DNA of 64,000 nt, from assembly GCA_046290465.1 (NCBI GenBank), contig JBKAGP010000001.1:6304001-6368000 (forward strand). The letters are read 5' to 3'. Below, piece after piece: positions 35,201 to 42,760 of this stretch. The stretch is from Planctomycetota bacterium. Its GTDB lineage: Bacteria; Planctomycetota; UBA1135; UBA2386. Position numbers and translations under genes: made by a program. The notes beneath the pieces are model-generated. The model saw only the letters and a list, made by a program, of their open reading frames with translations. It was not told where the DNA came from and ran no database searches. How positions within the stretch are numbered: position 1 is the stretch's first letter; every line of letters begins with the position of its first letter.

Positions 35201-36310
35201 GGCAACGCGCTGGTCTTCAACGCTTCGGGTGTGCCGTCGAACTACCAGCAACTGGTCACCGGTCTGGTGCCGGGCGTATCGTACCGGTTCCGCCTGCGAG
35301 AACGCGAGACGCCGACCAGCGCGCTGACCACGATCGCGACGGCCGACGTTACGCCGTTCAGCGGGGGGGCGCCGGTCGAGGTCTTCGAGGTGGGGGCGTC
35401 CGCTGCCTATCCCGACGTGCAGTCGGCGATCACCGCCGCGCTGGCGTCCGGGCTGCCCGCGCCGGTCGTGCGCATCGGTGCCGGCTCCTATGACAGCTTC
35501 GTGGTCAATGGCGCGCCGGCTCAGGGCCTGCGCATCGTCGGCGACGGCTCGGGGCCGGTGTTCGTGTCGACGGCGGTCACCGGTCCGGTCACGGTGCAGA
35601 ACGTGCCATTCGGTCGCTTCGTCGAGCTGGGAGACGTGACCATCGGCAGTCCCAGCTCGCCGCAGGCGGGGGTCCTGGTGACCGCTTCGGCCGGCCTGGT
35701 GCTGCTCGACGAGGTCAGTGTCGACGCCGGCGCGCCGGACGCGCTGATCGTCGAGAACTCGACCGCGGTGGTCGTGCAGGGGCCCAACACGTCGGTGCAG
35801 TCGGCCGGCGGCGATGGCCTGTCGGTGCGCGGGGTCAGCGCGTGCACGGCCAGCAACGCCAACTTCAGCACGGTCTACGTGCAGGCGACCGCGCAGCTGA
35901 CGCACGGTGCGATCAACGTGGTGCCGACGCTCGAGGCGGGCGCCGGCGAGACGGTGTTTGCGGGTCTGGTGCCGGTGCTGAGTGGCGAACGGTTCCCCGT
36001 GCTGGCGCAGCCGCTGCAGTACCAGTTCGAGGGGTTCCCGAGCTCGCTGTGGCTGCTGGTCATGAGCGAGAACTACTCGTTCCCGATCAGCCTGTTCGAG
36101 ATGCCCGTGCTGGTCGATCTCGGCACGCTGATGGTCGCCCACACGGGCGTCACCGACGCAGCCGGCGTCGCGACGCACAGCCTGTTCCTGCCGGCGAACG
36201 GCAACCTGATCGGGCTGTCGCGGGTGTTCCAGGCGGCCTCGGTCAACCTTGGCACGGGCCAGCTGCGGCTCTCGAACGCGCAGGGCGTGACGATCCTCGC
36301 CGGCAATTGA
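29201..36310 (+). CDS. Giant (~2370 aa) secreted beta-helix repeat protein, adhesin-like, with an FN3-like domain and the shared C-terminal domain
   Basis: Signal peptide ending SLAA-Q; TWTGATSADWNDASNW cap; eight ~205-240 aa repeats; GLVPGVSYRFRL (FN3-like). Alternative start at 29210. Confidence 0.8.
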   Translation: MRSMPSCAATTCRATLSLLTIAALTGSLAAQSTWTGATSADWNDASNWSSSSVPTSSDDVVVPPVVAPAFEPATSGAPACRDLTVQVGGRLTLSPLVVLGVHGNVTVDGDVADGGSLELRGGNAASVAGAAALPTLVVDKAPGTAVSLNGSPSIAGAFTLRDGALSVAGTATFALPASFVGGSLTNQGSYRFESSVAFTGTAVGAAPQITVLGDWQSDASFQPTSGAVVFDGSSTLSGAPSFFDLVLDIGNPTQTEVFANVPTTVRGGLTVRGGATLFGNQQVTVTGAASIEAAGTFDTAGGTHRFASSITQNGTIAGNGTFTCVGSTAGTIAASQPLPAVVVQKNGVTNLTFAGGTDLEIDGTLTLNSGILRINRTTRVVGVSTFAGGSLTGNSLLDLDDDANFVGASVTLPPAITCSGDWLADSFYDPASGTVTFDGTPGTSQTIDLSGASFGNQTNFYVINVAAGASVTALSELRVRNSMTVSGQFTAAAPMDHDGSFHVTANAVCDAGAFTHTFAGTVDLDTAITVAGTGVFVFDGSTSASLVTPTTVAVTVPNVRVVKTGGASLWVGYLLTIDGSLELLSGRLTGQSTTTVTGDATFSGGHLGTTPSTGYGLVVDGDVVCNGAVAVHPPTITVRGNWTSDDLWAPQDGAVRFEGTNPQVMTSTVGPLRFAGLEVEFGASASTQEQIECQSLAVDGAFTTTAAIDCDGALTVGAQGTLGAGAATHRIAANMTATGNLIATGVFVFDGSSAGSISSSDPLPAVRIEKDASAVCSLVGLTIIGDLDMLSGHVRTGNSTTGVQGDARFQGGQISYTTMVVGGDVTFSGCQSIANPSAQPWVNLTCEGDFFGHPAFRPISGTITMDSDGATLSGALELFSLSLPTNSSADVLSPLTLAGSLSLSGELDLFGSDQPMEVVGATTFGAGGSLRFGDQTYRFGGSLDATAGNLVRKPGTLLEFFGPSNATVSHNQQVTLPPVRIAKDGTAWLSVGGTVTIDGDLELVSGQLSVSSQLHVDGDATFRFGILSGGPTGSLEVIGDTTFEGALVVTPPNIKVFGDWTADALFQPTTRTVTFAGAGTTQNVLGSEGRFHALQLAISANVVSNVPIHVAADLAITSAVLQSNHPSDMVVLGSLANTGTLGVAAALRVGGNLTTSSSMSIGDELEVGGDIWVQSGTLSLGDGRFGGGLQADGGFASTGTVRFTGATSETVSSAAPLPTLTVDKSAASTLTLASVDITGDLVLANGTISASGTTVVAGEARFEGGSVSGGGTIDVAGDITFAGALGYAPPNFVCGGDFTTSSEFRPFSGTVTLNGTSGQQILGADAQFHSLVIETLTVVSSAVDLHFTGDVVHNGILWTTTGDLDCDGNFTSNNSWDVGGGTHRFAGALTLQGSVSNATGEFVLDGPSSNATVQSTQPLPALRIERQQQVTLSNLTVTGDLDLELGRLIVSGTVNVGGDVTLHAGELAGGGLLQVVGDFTSQGAFTTAPPTIRLAGDWTADQDFAPQGGLVTFLGSTPQALSATAGALRFYAVEVANGAALVATEPVTIGHTLLVNGDLTTSSTLDVASTVTSNTESELHLGAGAHRFAGSLNLGGVVDATGSFEFYNPTTSSVAVTAAVPIPAIVKTGAGTLTLNAGVVVAGGVDVARGRFRYGNPVVVQGDAVFRGGDLDSGSVLDVAGDVTFLGATATSPGTIRCAGNWSSESNFTPPNGVVELTGNGTIASLTPNQAASFHLLDVSGGARQVVGDIAVRGTTMTIATNADLIIGANASLTLERAAMTVNGELQLLDNGQLLLGEPASVRVDQLGRLRLLGAGAASRVRIDAIDGGGYGFVVEGFVAARDFEFFRPDEHGFVIESTATVDQSAAQGFRNGTFDFPRNVPGAVLLDVDPPTNPPVALLMQNMAFQNTAGAQNVHNVRVTQGETVTLVNATGAFAGETFEDDPLGDRIDWTSGQLSILGSFAVLAGAGEATVAWSTIDESTIASFTLDRQQLEPTPGSFGNALVFNASGVPSNYQQLVTGLVPGVSYRFRLRERETPTSALTTIATADVTPFSGGAPVEVFEVGASAAYPDVQSAITAALASGLPAPVVRIGAGSYDSFVVNGAPAQGLRIVGDGSGPVFVSTAVTGPVTVQNVPFGRFVELGDVTIGSPSSPQAGVLVTASAGLVLLDEVSVDAGAPDALIVENSTAVVVQGPNTSVQSAGGDGLSVRGVSACTASNANFSTVYVQATAQLTHGAINVVPTLEAGAGETVFAGLVPVLSGERFPVLAQPLQYQFEGFPSSLWLLVMSENYSFPISLFEMPVLVDLGTLMVAHTGVTDAAGVATHSLFLPANGNLIGLSRVFQAASVNLGTGQLRLSNAQGVTILAGN

Positions 36311-36395
36311 TCGGGGTTCCTGGCCGGGTTCGCGGCACGATCCCGTTATGCAGGTGCCGGGGCGCACGCCCCGGCACTCCCACCAGGAACCAGCC

Positions 36396-37364
36396 ATGCA
36401 ACCAACCCCCTCCACGCGGCTTCGTGCCGCCCTCGCCGGCGTCGCGATCGTCGGCTCCCTCTCCGCCCAGCAGTTCACCAACGGTTCGTTCGAGAACTGG
36501 GACTCGCCGACCTCCTGCAGCGTCAACTCGACGCCCGACGACTGGCAGAAGCTGCTCGCCGCCGGCCTCAACGCCGGCCTCGGTGTCGACGAGGGCACGC
36601 CGTCGGTCTGCGCGCACACGATCCCGGCGACCGTGCAGGACGGCGTCACCTACGTGCGTGCCTACGCGCCGCCGACCGGCGGCGAGGGCGTGCAGCAGGT
36701 CGTCGCGGGCTTCGTGCCGGGCAACACCTACACGATCCGCTACCACTACGCCGGCTCGAACGTCTACGGCGGCGTCGGCGACGGCTACTGGCAGGTGTCG
36801 GTCGACGGCGCCACGGTCGACCAGTCGCCGGTCTTCAGCTCGCTGCAGACCACTTGGACGGCGCGCACCTGCACGTTCGTGGCCACGGCGACGTCGCACC
36901 AGATCGGCTTCCTCGGCTACGCCAGCCAGCCGGCGACCGCGAGCCTCGGTCTCGACGCGGTCGAGATCCTCGGCACCGCGCAGGCCTACGGCCAGCCGTG
37001 CTCGGTCGGCAGTCCGCTGTCGCTGGCGGCGGCTGGCCCGCGCATCGGCAGCAACTGGGACCTGACCGGCGCCGGCATCGAGCCGGTCTCGGCGCTGGCG
37101 GTGTTCTGGTTCGGCGACAGCCCGCGGGTGCCGCCGATCGACCTCGCGGTGATCGGCGCCAACGGCTGCTTCGCGCACCACAACGCCAACCTCGGCGCGT
37201 TCGTCGCGACGGCGTCCCTCGGCAGCGCGAGCTACGCGGTCGCGGTGCCCGCCAACACCGCGCTGGTCGGCGTCGAACTGTTCGTGCAGATGAGCGCGGC
37301 GTCGACCGCGACGCCGGTCGGCTTCACCACCTCCAACGGCGTCGTCGGCGTGATCGGTTCGTAG
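36396..37364 (+). CDS. Secreted protein with a carbohydrate-binding-like jelly-roll domain and the shared C-terminal domain
   Basis: Signal peptide ending SLSA-Q; NGSFE...QQVV.G..PG.TY.I...W......F.AT...LDAVEI resembles DUF642/CBM folds. Confidence 0.7.
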   Translation: MQPTPSTRLRAALAGVAIVGSLSAQQFTNGSFENWDSPTSCSVNSTPDDWQKLLAAGLNAGLGVDEGTPSVCAHTIPATVQDGVTYVRAYAPPTGGEGVQQVVAGFVPGNTYTIRYHYAGSNVYGGVGDGYWQVSVDGATVDQSPVFSSLQTTWTARTCTFVATATSHQIGFLGYASQPATASLGLDAVEILGTAQAYGQPCSVGSPLSLAAAGPRIGSNWDLTGAGIEPVSALAVFWFGDSPRVPPIDLAVIGANGCFAHHNANLGAFVATASLGSASYAVAVPANTALVGVELFVQMSAASTATPVGFTTSNGVVGVIGS

Positions 37365-37395
37365 CGGCTGCCGCGACGGCCTATCGCGGCAGCCG
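37365..37395. terminator. Perfect 12-bp inverted repeat between convergent genes
   Basis: CGGCTGCCGCGA-N7-TCGCGGCAGCCG, overlapping the kinase stop codon. Confidence 0.6.
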
Positions 37396-38934
37396 GACCG
37401 TGAAGGTGGCGCCTTCGCCCGGCTGCGAGGTCACGGTGATCTCGCCGCCGTGCGCCTGCACGATGCCGTAGGTGACCGCGAGGCCCAGGCCGCTGCCGCG
37501 CTGCTCGGCACGTTCGGCGTCGGCGCGCGTGGTGAAGAACGGGTCGAACACGTGCGGCAGCGCGTCCGCTGCGATGCCCGGGCCGGTGTCGGCGACCTGC
37601 ACGACGACCGCGTCGCCGTCGCGCGCAGCGATGCAGCGCAGCACGCCGCCGTCGGCCATCGCCTGCACCGCGTTGACGAACAGGTTGACGAACACCTGGT
37701 GCAAGGAACCGGCGTCGCCGATGACCTCGAGGTCGTCGGCGAAGCGGCGTTCGACCTGCACGTCGTGGCGGCGCGCCGCCGGCTCGCACAGCCGCAGCGC
37801 TTCGTCGAGCACGTCGACCACGTCCAGCGTCGCCGGCTCGCGGTCGGGTTCCTGCGCGAACCGCTGCAGCTGCTGCACGATGCCCTGGGCGCGCTCGGTT
37901 GCGCGCGTGATCACGCCGAGCGTCTCCCGCTGGTCGGCGTCGGCGTCGCCGGCGAGCAGCTCGTCGGCGCAGCCGCGGATGCCGCCGATGACGTTGCGGA
38001 ACTCGTGCGCGACGCCGCCGGCGAGCGTGCCGAGCGCGGCCAGACGTTCGGCCTGCGCCAGCTGCCGCACCGTCGCCTGCAGGTCGCGGGTCTTGGCCTG
38101 GACCTCGGACTCGAGGTTGTCGGCGAGGTGCTGCAGCTCGTCCCGCTGCGTGCGCAGCTGGGCGACCATCGCGGCGAAGTCGCGGGTCAGGTCGCCGAGT
38201 TCGCCGGGCCCGGGCGGCGGCAGGTCGGCGGCCAGTTCGCCGGCGGCGACGCGACGGGTGGCCGCGCGCAGCCGCGCCGCCGGTCGCACCACGAACCGGT
38301 GCAGCCCGAAGCCGAGCACCAGCAGCAGCGTCGCCAGGGTCGCGGCGACCAGCACCAGGTGGGTGCGGTTGAGGCCGCGCACGAACTCGTGTTCGCGGCG
38401 CAGCCGCGCCTCGGTGTGTCGCTGCATGCGCTCGTCGAGGTCGCGGTTGGCGCGGCGCTGCATCTCGGCGGCGAGCATGCGGACGTTGCTGCGCTGCCGT
38501 TGTGAGCGTTGGTGGTCCTCGCGCACGACGGCCGAACGGATCGCGCGCACGTCGCCGAGCGACTCGAGCGGCAGGTCCTGCAGCGCGCGCGCGCGGGCGG
38601 CGGTGGTGTGGCCGATCAGGTCGATCAGCACCTGGCTGCTCTGGCGGGTCTGCTCCTCGGAGACCCGGCGCATGGTCTGTTTGGTCTCCTGCAGCGTCTC
38701 CTCGCCGTAGCGGGTCAGGGTGGTGTCGAGCGCGGGCGCGACCACGGCCAGCAGCCAGATCGCGAGCAGCGCGGCGATGCCGACCAACACCAGCGACAGC
38801 CGGACCACCAGCGTGCCGTGGCGGGGATGGGGGCCGTCGCCCAGTGTCTCTGGTGGACCCAGTGTCTCTGGTCGACTCAGTGTCTCTGGTGGGCCCAGCG
38901 GCTCTGCAGGGCTCCTCGGCTCTGCGGGGTTCAT
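37381..38934 (-). CDS. HAMP-domain sensor histidine kinase (NtrB-like)
   Basis: Two TM helices; HAMP; H-box GGVAHEFRN; QVFVNLFVNAVQA, DTGPGI, FDPFFTT and GSGLGL boxes. Confidence 0.93.
   Translation of the reverse strand: MNPAEPRSPAEPLGPPETLSRPETLGPPETLGDGPHPRHGTLVVRLSLVLVGIAALLAIWLLAVVAPALDTTLTRYGEETLQETKQTMRRVSEEQTRQSSQVLIDLIGHTTAARARALQDLPLESLGDVRAIRSAVVREDHQRSQRQRSNVRMLAAEMQRRANRDLDERMQRHTEARLRREHEFVRGLNRTHLVLVAATLATLLLVLGFGLHRFVVRPAARLRAATRRVAAGELAADLPPPGPGELGDLTRDFAAMVAQLRTQRDELQHLADNLESEVQAKTRDLQATVRQLAQAERLAALGTLAGGVAHEFRNVIGGIRGCADELLAGDADADQRETLGVITRATERAQGIVQQLQRFAQEPDREPATLDVVDVLDEALRLCEPAARRHDVQVERRFADDLEVIGDAGSLHQVFVNLFVNAVQAMADGGVLRCIAARDGDAVVVQVADTGPGIAADALPHVFDPFFTTRADAERAEQRGSGLGLAVTYGIVQAHGGEITVTSQPGEGATFTVRLPR
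38840..38929. repeat. 18-bp in-frame tandem repeat, 5 degenerate copies
   Basis: CCCAGTGTCTCTGGTGGA-like units encoding PAEPRS/PAEPLG/PPETLS/RPETLG/PPETLG. Confidence 0.85.
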
Positions 38935-39950
38935 CGGGGCTCCACGTCGGAGCCAGGCTCCGGTGCGATCAGTTCGTCGGCGAGCGCCAGCAGCGACAGC
39001 GGCAGGTCGATGCCGAGGCGACGGGCGGCGCCGAGGTTGGCGACGACCAGGCTGCTCTGCATGCGGTCGACGGGCAGGTCGTCGGGGATGCGCCCGAGGC
39101 GGAGCACGCGCTGCACGATCGCGGCGGCGCGGCGGCCGTGCAGGCGGTAGTCGACGGCGGCACCGACCAGCGCGCCGTTGCGCACGCCGGCTGCCGCGGT
39201 GGTCAGCAGCGGCAGCGGCCGGTCGCCGAGCGCGCGTTCGATCGCCGGGACGTGCTGGTAGACGGTCAGGTCGATCGGGATCCAGATCGCCTGCACGCCC
39301 TGGTCGCGCAGCGCGGCGACCGCGGCGGCGAGGCCGCGTTCGTCGTCGACGACGACCTCGTGCACCTGCACGTCCGGCGCGCCCTCGGTGGCGAGGAACT
39401 GCCGCATGCCCGCCAGCTCGGCCTGGCTGACGACGCCGCTCTTGCGGCTGCGCAGCATGCCGAGGGCGCGCAGGTCGGGCACCGCCAGCCGGAACACCTC
39501 GAGCACGTTCTGCGGCGCGATCCAGTTGCTGGCGCCGCACGAACCGGCGCCGGCACCGCGCCAGTCCTCGGTGATGCCCGCGGTCACCGGGTTGGTCACG
39601 GCCGCGAACACGATCGGCCTGCGGCGCACGTGGTCGCGCGCCAGCAGCGTCGCCCGCGTGCCGAGCGAGAGCACCAGTTCGCAGCCGGCATCCAGTTCGG
39701 CCAGCTGGCGGGCGGCCAGCTCCGGGTCGGAGTCGGCCAGCCGCAGCTCGAACGTCGCCGCCACCTCGGCGTCGCGCAGGCCCTGCCGGACGCCGGCGAG
39801 GGCGGCGCGGTCGTTGGGGGAGTCGTGCCACAAGAACACGCCGATGCGGTGCGGCGCGGCGGTCGGTCCCTGCGCCGGGGCGTGCGGCAGCGCCACGGTG
39901 GCGGCCAGCAGCAGCGCCGGCAGCGGGCGGCGGATGGTTCGGAAGGCCAT
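38931..39950 (-). CDS. Periplasmic substrate-binding protein (ABC_sub_bind-like), with no adjacent transporter
   Basis: Signal peptide; PIVFAAVTNPV..G, IPIDLTV, GALVGAAVDY and LVVANLGAARRLGIDLP..LL..AD motifs. Confidence 0.85.
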   Translation of the reverse strand: MAFRTIRRPLPALLLAATVALPHAPAQGPTAAPHRIGVFLWHDSPNDRAALAGVRQGLRDAEVAATFELRLADSDPELAARQLAELDAGCELVLSLGTRATLLARDHVRRRPIVFAAVTNPVTAGITEDWRGAGAGSCGASNWIAPQNVLEVFRLAVPDLRALGMLRSRKSGVVSQAELAGMRQFLATEGAPDVQVHEVVVDDERGLAAAVAALRDQGVQAIWIPIDLTVYQHVPAIERALGDRPLPLLTTAAAGVRNGALVGAAVDYRLHGRRAAAIVQRVLRLGRIPDDLPVDRMQSSLVVANLGAARRLGIDLPLSLLALADELIAPEPGSDVEPR

Positions 39951-40005
39951 GCCTCCATGCTTACCGCCCGGATTGTCGATAGGGGGTTGTCAGTCTCGTC
40001 AAGTT

Positions 40006-40020
40006 CTTTAGATTGCAAAG
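40006..40020. promoter_or_regulatory. Imperfect AT-rich palindrome upstream of the ispH RBS; possible operator
   Basis: CTTT-AGATTGC-AAAG, 5 nt before AGGAGG (40026-40031). Confidence 0.35.
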
Positions 40021-40035
40021 TCGTCAGGAGGCCAG

Positions 40036-40911
40036 ATGCAGATCAGACGTGCGGATGCGATGGGTATGTGCTTTGGCGTGCGCGACGCGCTGCAGGCGAT
40101 CGAGCAGGTCGGAGAGCCGGGGTCGGTGACGATCCACGGCGAGCTGGTGCACAACGGCGAGGTGCTGCGCATGCTCGACCGGCGGGGGTTCCGCCAGTCG
40201 GACGAGGTCGGCCGCGACGTGCCGGACACCGAGGCGGTGCTGATCACCGCGCACGGGGTCAGCGACCGCGAGCGCGAACGGCTGCGGGGGGCCGGCAAGC
40301 GCCTGATCGACACGACCTGCCCGCTGGTGCACAAGGCGCACGAGGCGGCGCAGCTGCTGCAGGCCGATGGACGCCGGGTGGTCGTTCTCGGCAAGCCGGA
40401 GCACGTCGAGGTCCGCGGCATCGTCGAGGACCTCGACGACCCGATCGTCGTGCGCGCCGAGCAGGACGTCGCGACCTGGCCGGACCTGCGGCTCGGCGTC
40501 GTCTGCCAAACGACCACGCCGAGCGAGCGCGTCGACCTGCTGGTCGACGAGATCCGGCGGCGCAACCCGCACGCCGACGTGCGGCTGATGGACACGGTCT
40601 GCAACCCGACCAAGGCGCGCGGCGCGGCGCTCGAGGCGCTGCTGCCGCAGGTCGACGCGCTGGTGGTCGTCGGCGGCCGGGACTCCAACAACACCAGGCA
40701 GCTGGTGGTCCGGGCCGAACGGCGCGGCGTGCCGGCGCTGCACATCGAGAGCGAGGCCGAACTCGACGAGGGCTGGCTCGCTGGGCGCCGGGTCGTCGGC
40801 CTGACCGCGGGCACGTCGACGTTGCCGGCGACGATCGACGCGGTGCACGCGCGGCTGCTGGCGGTGGCCGCGAGGGCGCCGGAGGTCGACGGCGCGCGCC
40901 GCTCGGGGTGA
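40036..40911 (+). CDS. ispH: 4-hydroxy-3-methylbut-2-enyl diphosphate reductase
   Basis: GMCFGV, LVHN, AHG, DTTCPLV, H.EV, QTT, DTVCNPT, SNNT and TAGTST motifs; strong RBS. Confidence 0.95.
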   Translation: MQIRRADAMGMCFGVRDALQAIEQVGEPGSVTIHGELVHNGEVLRMLDRRGFRQSDEVGRDVPDTEAVLITAHGVSDRERERLRGAGKRLIDTTCPLVHKAHEAAQLLQADGRRVVVLGKPEHVEVRGIVEDLDDPIVVRAEQDVATWPDLRLGVVCQTTTPSERVDLLVDEIRRRNPHADVRLMDTVCNPTKARGAALEALLPQVDALVVVGGRDSNNTRQLVVRAERRGVPALHIESEAELDEGWLAGRRVVGLTAGTSTLPATIDAVHARLLAVAARAPEVDGARRSG

Positions 40912-40916
40912 CGGCC

Positions 40917-40963
40917 GGTCGCCTGCCGATGGTCGCCTGCCGCTGGTTGCCTGCCGCTGGTTG
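40917..40963. repeat. 14-bp intergenic tandem repeat, about 3.3 copies
   Basis: GGTCGCCTGCCGAT / GGTCGCCTGCCGCT / GGTTGCCTGCCGCT / GGTTG. Confidence 0.85.
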
Positions 40964-41019
40964 ATTGGGGCAGGGGGTGGGGTAGTCTCGCGCAGCCGCG
41001 CGTTCGCGGCGCCGACGCT

Positions 41020-42027
41020 GTGAGCCACCACGGACCTTCGCACGATTCCTCCGACGACGCCCGGGACCCCGAGGCGCTGCCGGACCCCGACCAGCTGCTC
41101 GAGAAGGAGGGCCGGTTCTGGGACCTGCAAGAGGAGGGCATCGACGGCCTCTACGCGCGTCCGCACGACTGGCGGTTCGTGCCGCACCTGGCCGAGACGA
41201 TCATCGCGCCGCGGGTGCAGACCGTGCTGCGCATCCTCGACGAGCACCGGCCGGAGATCACCTCGCAGCTCGACATCGGCTGCGGCAACGGCTGGTTCTG
41301 CCACGCGATGGCCAGGCGCGGCATCCGTTCGATCGGCGTCGACCTCAGCGAGAAGAAGATCGAGACCGCGCGGCGCATGGCCAAGGAGCAGGGGGTCGAC
41401 CACCTGTGCGAGTTCTGGGCGGGCGACGTGCTCAAGTGGCCGTGCGAGCAGCCGGTCGACCTGCTGACCTCGCACGGCAGCCTGCACCACTTCCCGGGCT
41501 TCGCCGACGCGATGGAGCAGATCGTCGCGCGCTTTCTGCGCAAGGGCGGCTACATGCTGTTCCTCGAGCCCAACCACGAGGGCATGTCGCCGCAGATGCG
41601 CGAGTTCCTGCTGGCGCAGGCGACCGGGCCGCTGGCCGCGCACTTCGACTTCGCGTTCTACCAGGAGGTGACCGGCGAGAAGGTCGAGGGTGGCCGGGTG
41701 GTGGCCGCCGACGCGACGGCGCGCGACGAGATGGACATCCGCGACGAGAGCCCGGCCGGCAAGGAGTTCTTCGGCGAGCACGTCGAGCTCGACGACTACT
41801 TCGAGGAGCACTTTGAGGTCCTCGAGAAGCAGTTCTTCCACCTGTTCTCGAGCCACGCGACCAACGCGTTCTACGTGTTCATGAAGTCGCCGTGGATCCG
41901 GCGCATGTGGCAGCACCTGCTGCCGAAGGTCGTCGCCCGCGACACCGCGCTGCTGGCGGACCCCGAGCACCAGCGCTGGGCCGAGGACGGCCTGTGGTTC
42001 ATGCAGCGCAAGGGCGAACGGCGCTGA
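41020..42027 (+). CDS. Class I SAM-dependent methyltransferase
   Basis: LDIGCGNG, GVDLS, SLHH and L.KGG..LF.EPN motifs. Confidence 0.88.
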   Translation: MSHHGPSHDSSDDARDPEALPDPDQLLEKEGRFWDLQEEGIDGLYARPHDWRFVPHLAETIIAPRVQTVLRILDEHRPEITSQLDIGCGNGWFCHAMARRGIRSIGVDLSEKKIETARRMAKEQGVDHLCEFWAGDVLKWPCEQPVDLLTSHGSLHHFPGFADAMEQIVARFLRKGGYMLFLEPNHEGMSPQMREFLLAQATGPLAAHFDFAFYQEVTGEKVEGGRVVAADATARDEMDIRDESPAGKEFFGEHVELDDYFEEHFEVLEKQFFHLFSSHATNAFYVFMKSPWIRRMWQHLLPKVVARDTALLADPEHQRWAEDGLWFMQRKGERR

Positions 42028-42033
42028 GCCGAC

Positions 42034-42100
42034 GCGCGCCGGGCCGGGCGCGCCGGGCTGGGCGCGTCGGGCTGGGCGCGTCGGGCTGGGCGCGTCAGGC
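42034..42100. repeat. 14-bp intergenic tandem repeat, about 4.8 copies
   Basis: GCGCG(C/T)CGGGC(C/T)GG units filling the gap between convergent genes. Confidence 0.85.
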
Positions 42101-42724
42101 CTGGACGTGCCGCTGCACGAACGCGGCGGTGCGGCCCCACAGGTCGTGCCAGTCCTCGCCGCGCATCAGGTGTTCGCTGTCCGGATACTCGAACAGCTCG
42201 GCGCCGTGCCGCTGCGCGAACGCGCGTCCCGGCGCCGGCGGCACCGCCTGATCGCGGCCGGCGAGGCCGAGCAGCAGCGGCGCGTGGTCGCGCTCCACCT
42301 GCTCGTCGTCGATCAGGTGCGGTGCCGCCAGCAGCGCCGCGATCGCGTCGAAGCTGCACGGCGGCCGCAGCGCGCCGAGCGCCGCGAAGCCGCCCATCGA
42401 GATGCCGACCAGGACCACGCGGCGGGCGCCGCGCGCCCGGCACTCGCAGGCCAGCCGACGCAGCTCCGGGATCCAATCGCGCGCCAGCCCGACGATCGCC
42501 GCGCGGCGCTCTGCTTCGTCGAGTCGGGCGATGCGTTCGAGCCGGCCGTCGTCGCGGCGGCCGTGGCCGGGCGCGTCGGGCAGCAGCACCTCGATGCCGT
42601 CGCCGCCGAACGCGCGCCCGTCGCCGCGGTGCACCGCGCCGTTGGCGCCGTAGCCGTGCAGCACGATCACGCTGCCGCGCAGTTCGCCGACGTGGGGGAT
42701 GCGTTCTGGCGTGGCCGGATGCAC
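42095..42724 (-). CDS. Alpha/beta hydrolase (esterase-like)
   Basis: VLHGYG, PDAPGHG, nucleophile elbow GISMGG, G.D.AVP and C-terminal His. Start approximate. Confidence 0.8.
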   Translation of the reverse strand: MHPATPERIPHVGELRGSVIVLHGYGANGAVHRGDGRAFGGDGIEVLLPDAPGHGRRDDGRLERIARLDEAERRAAIVGLARDWIPELRRLACECRARGARRVVLVGISMGGFAALGALRPPCSFDAIAALLAAPHLIDDEQVERDHAPLLLGLAGRDQAVPPAPGRAFAQRHGAELFEYPDSEHLMRGEDWHDLWGRTAAFVQRHVQA

Positions 42725-42760
42725 GCGCGCATCGTATCGGCCGCGCGTATGCTGGCCGCC

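Noticed and set aside
36333..36353. Second sigma54 promoter (CGGCACGATCCCGTTATGC) before the 36396 gene
   Set aside because: GG-to-GC spacing is 14 nt rather than the required 10.
29018..36649. 2543-aa minus-strand ORF, and similar long antisense ORFs at 9515-12721, 17606-20530 and 57263-62380
   Set aside because: Shadow frames opposite genuine genes. High-GC codon bias suppresses stop codons, and the translations have no motifs.
38840..42100. Short repeat arrays as CRISPR
   Set aside because: Units are 14-18 bp, contiguous, without spacers, and no cas genes are present.
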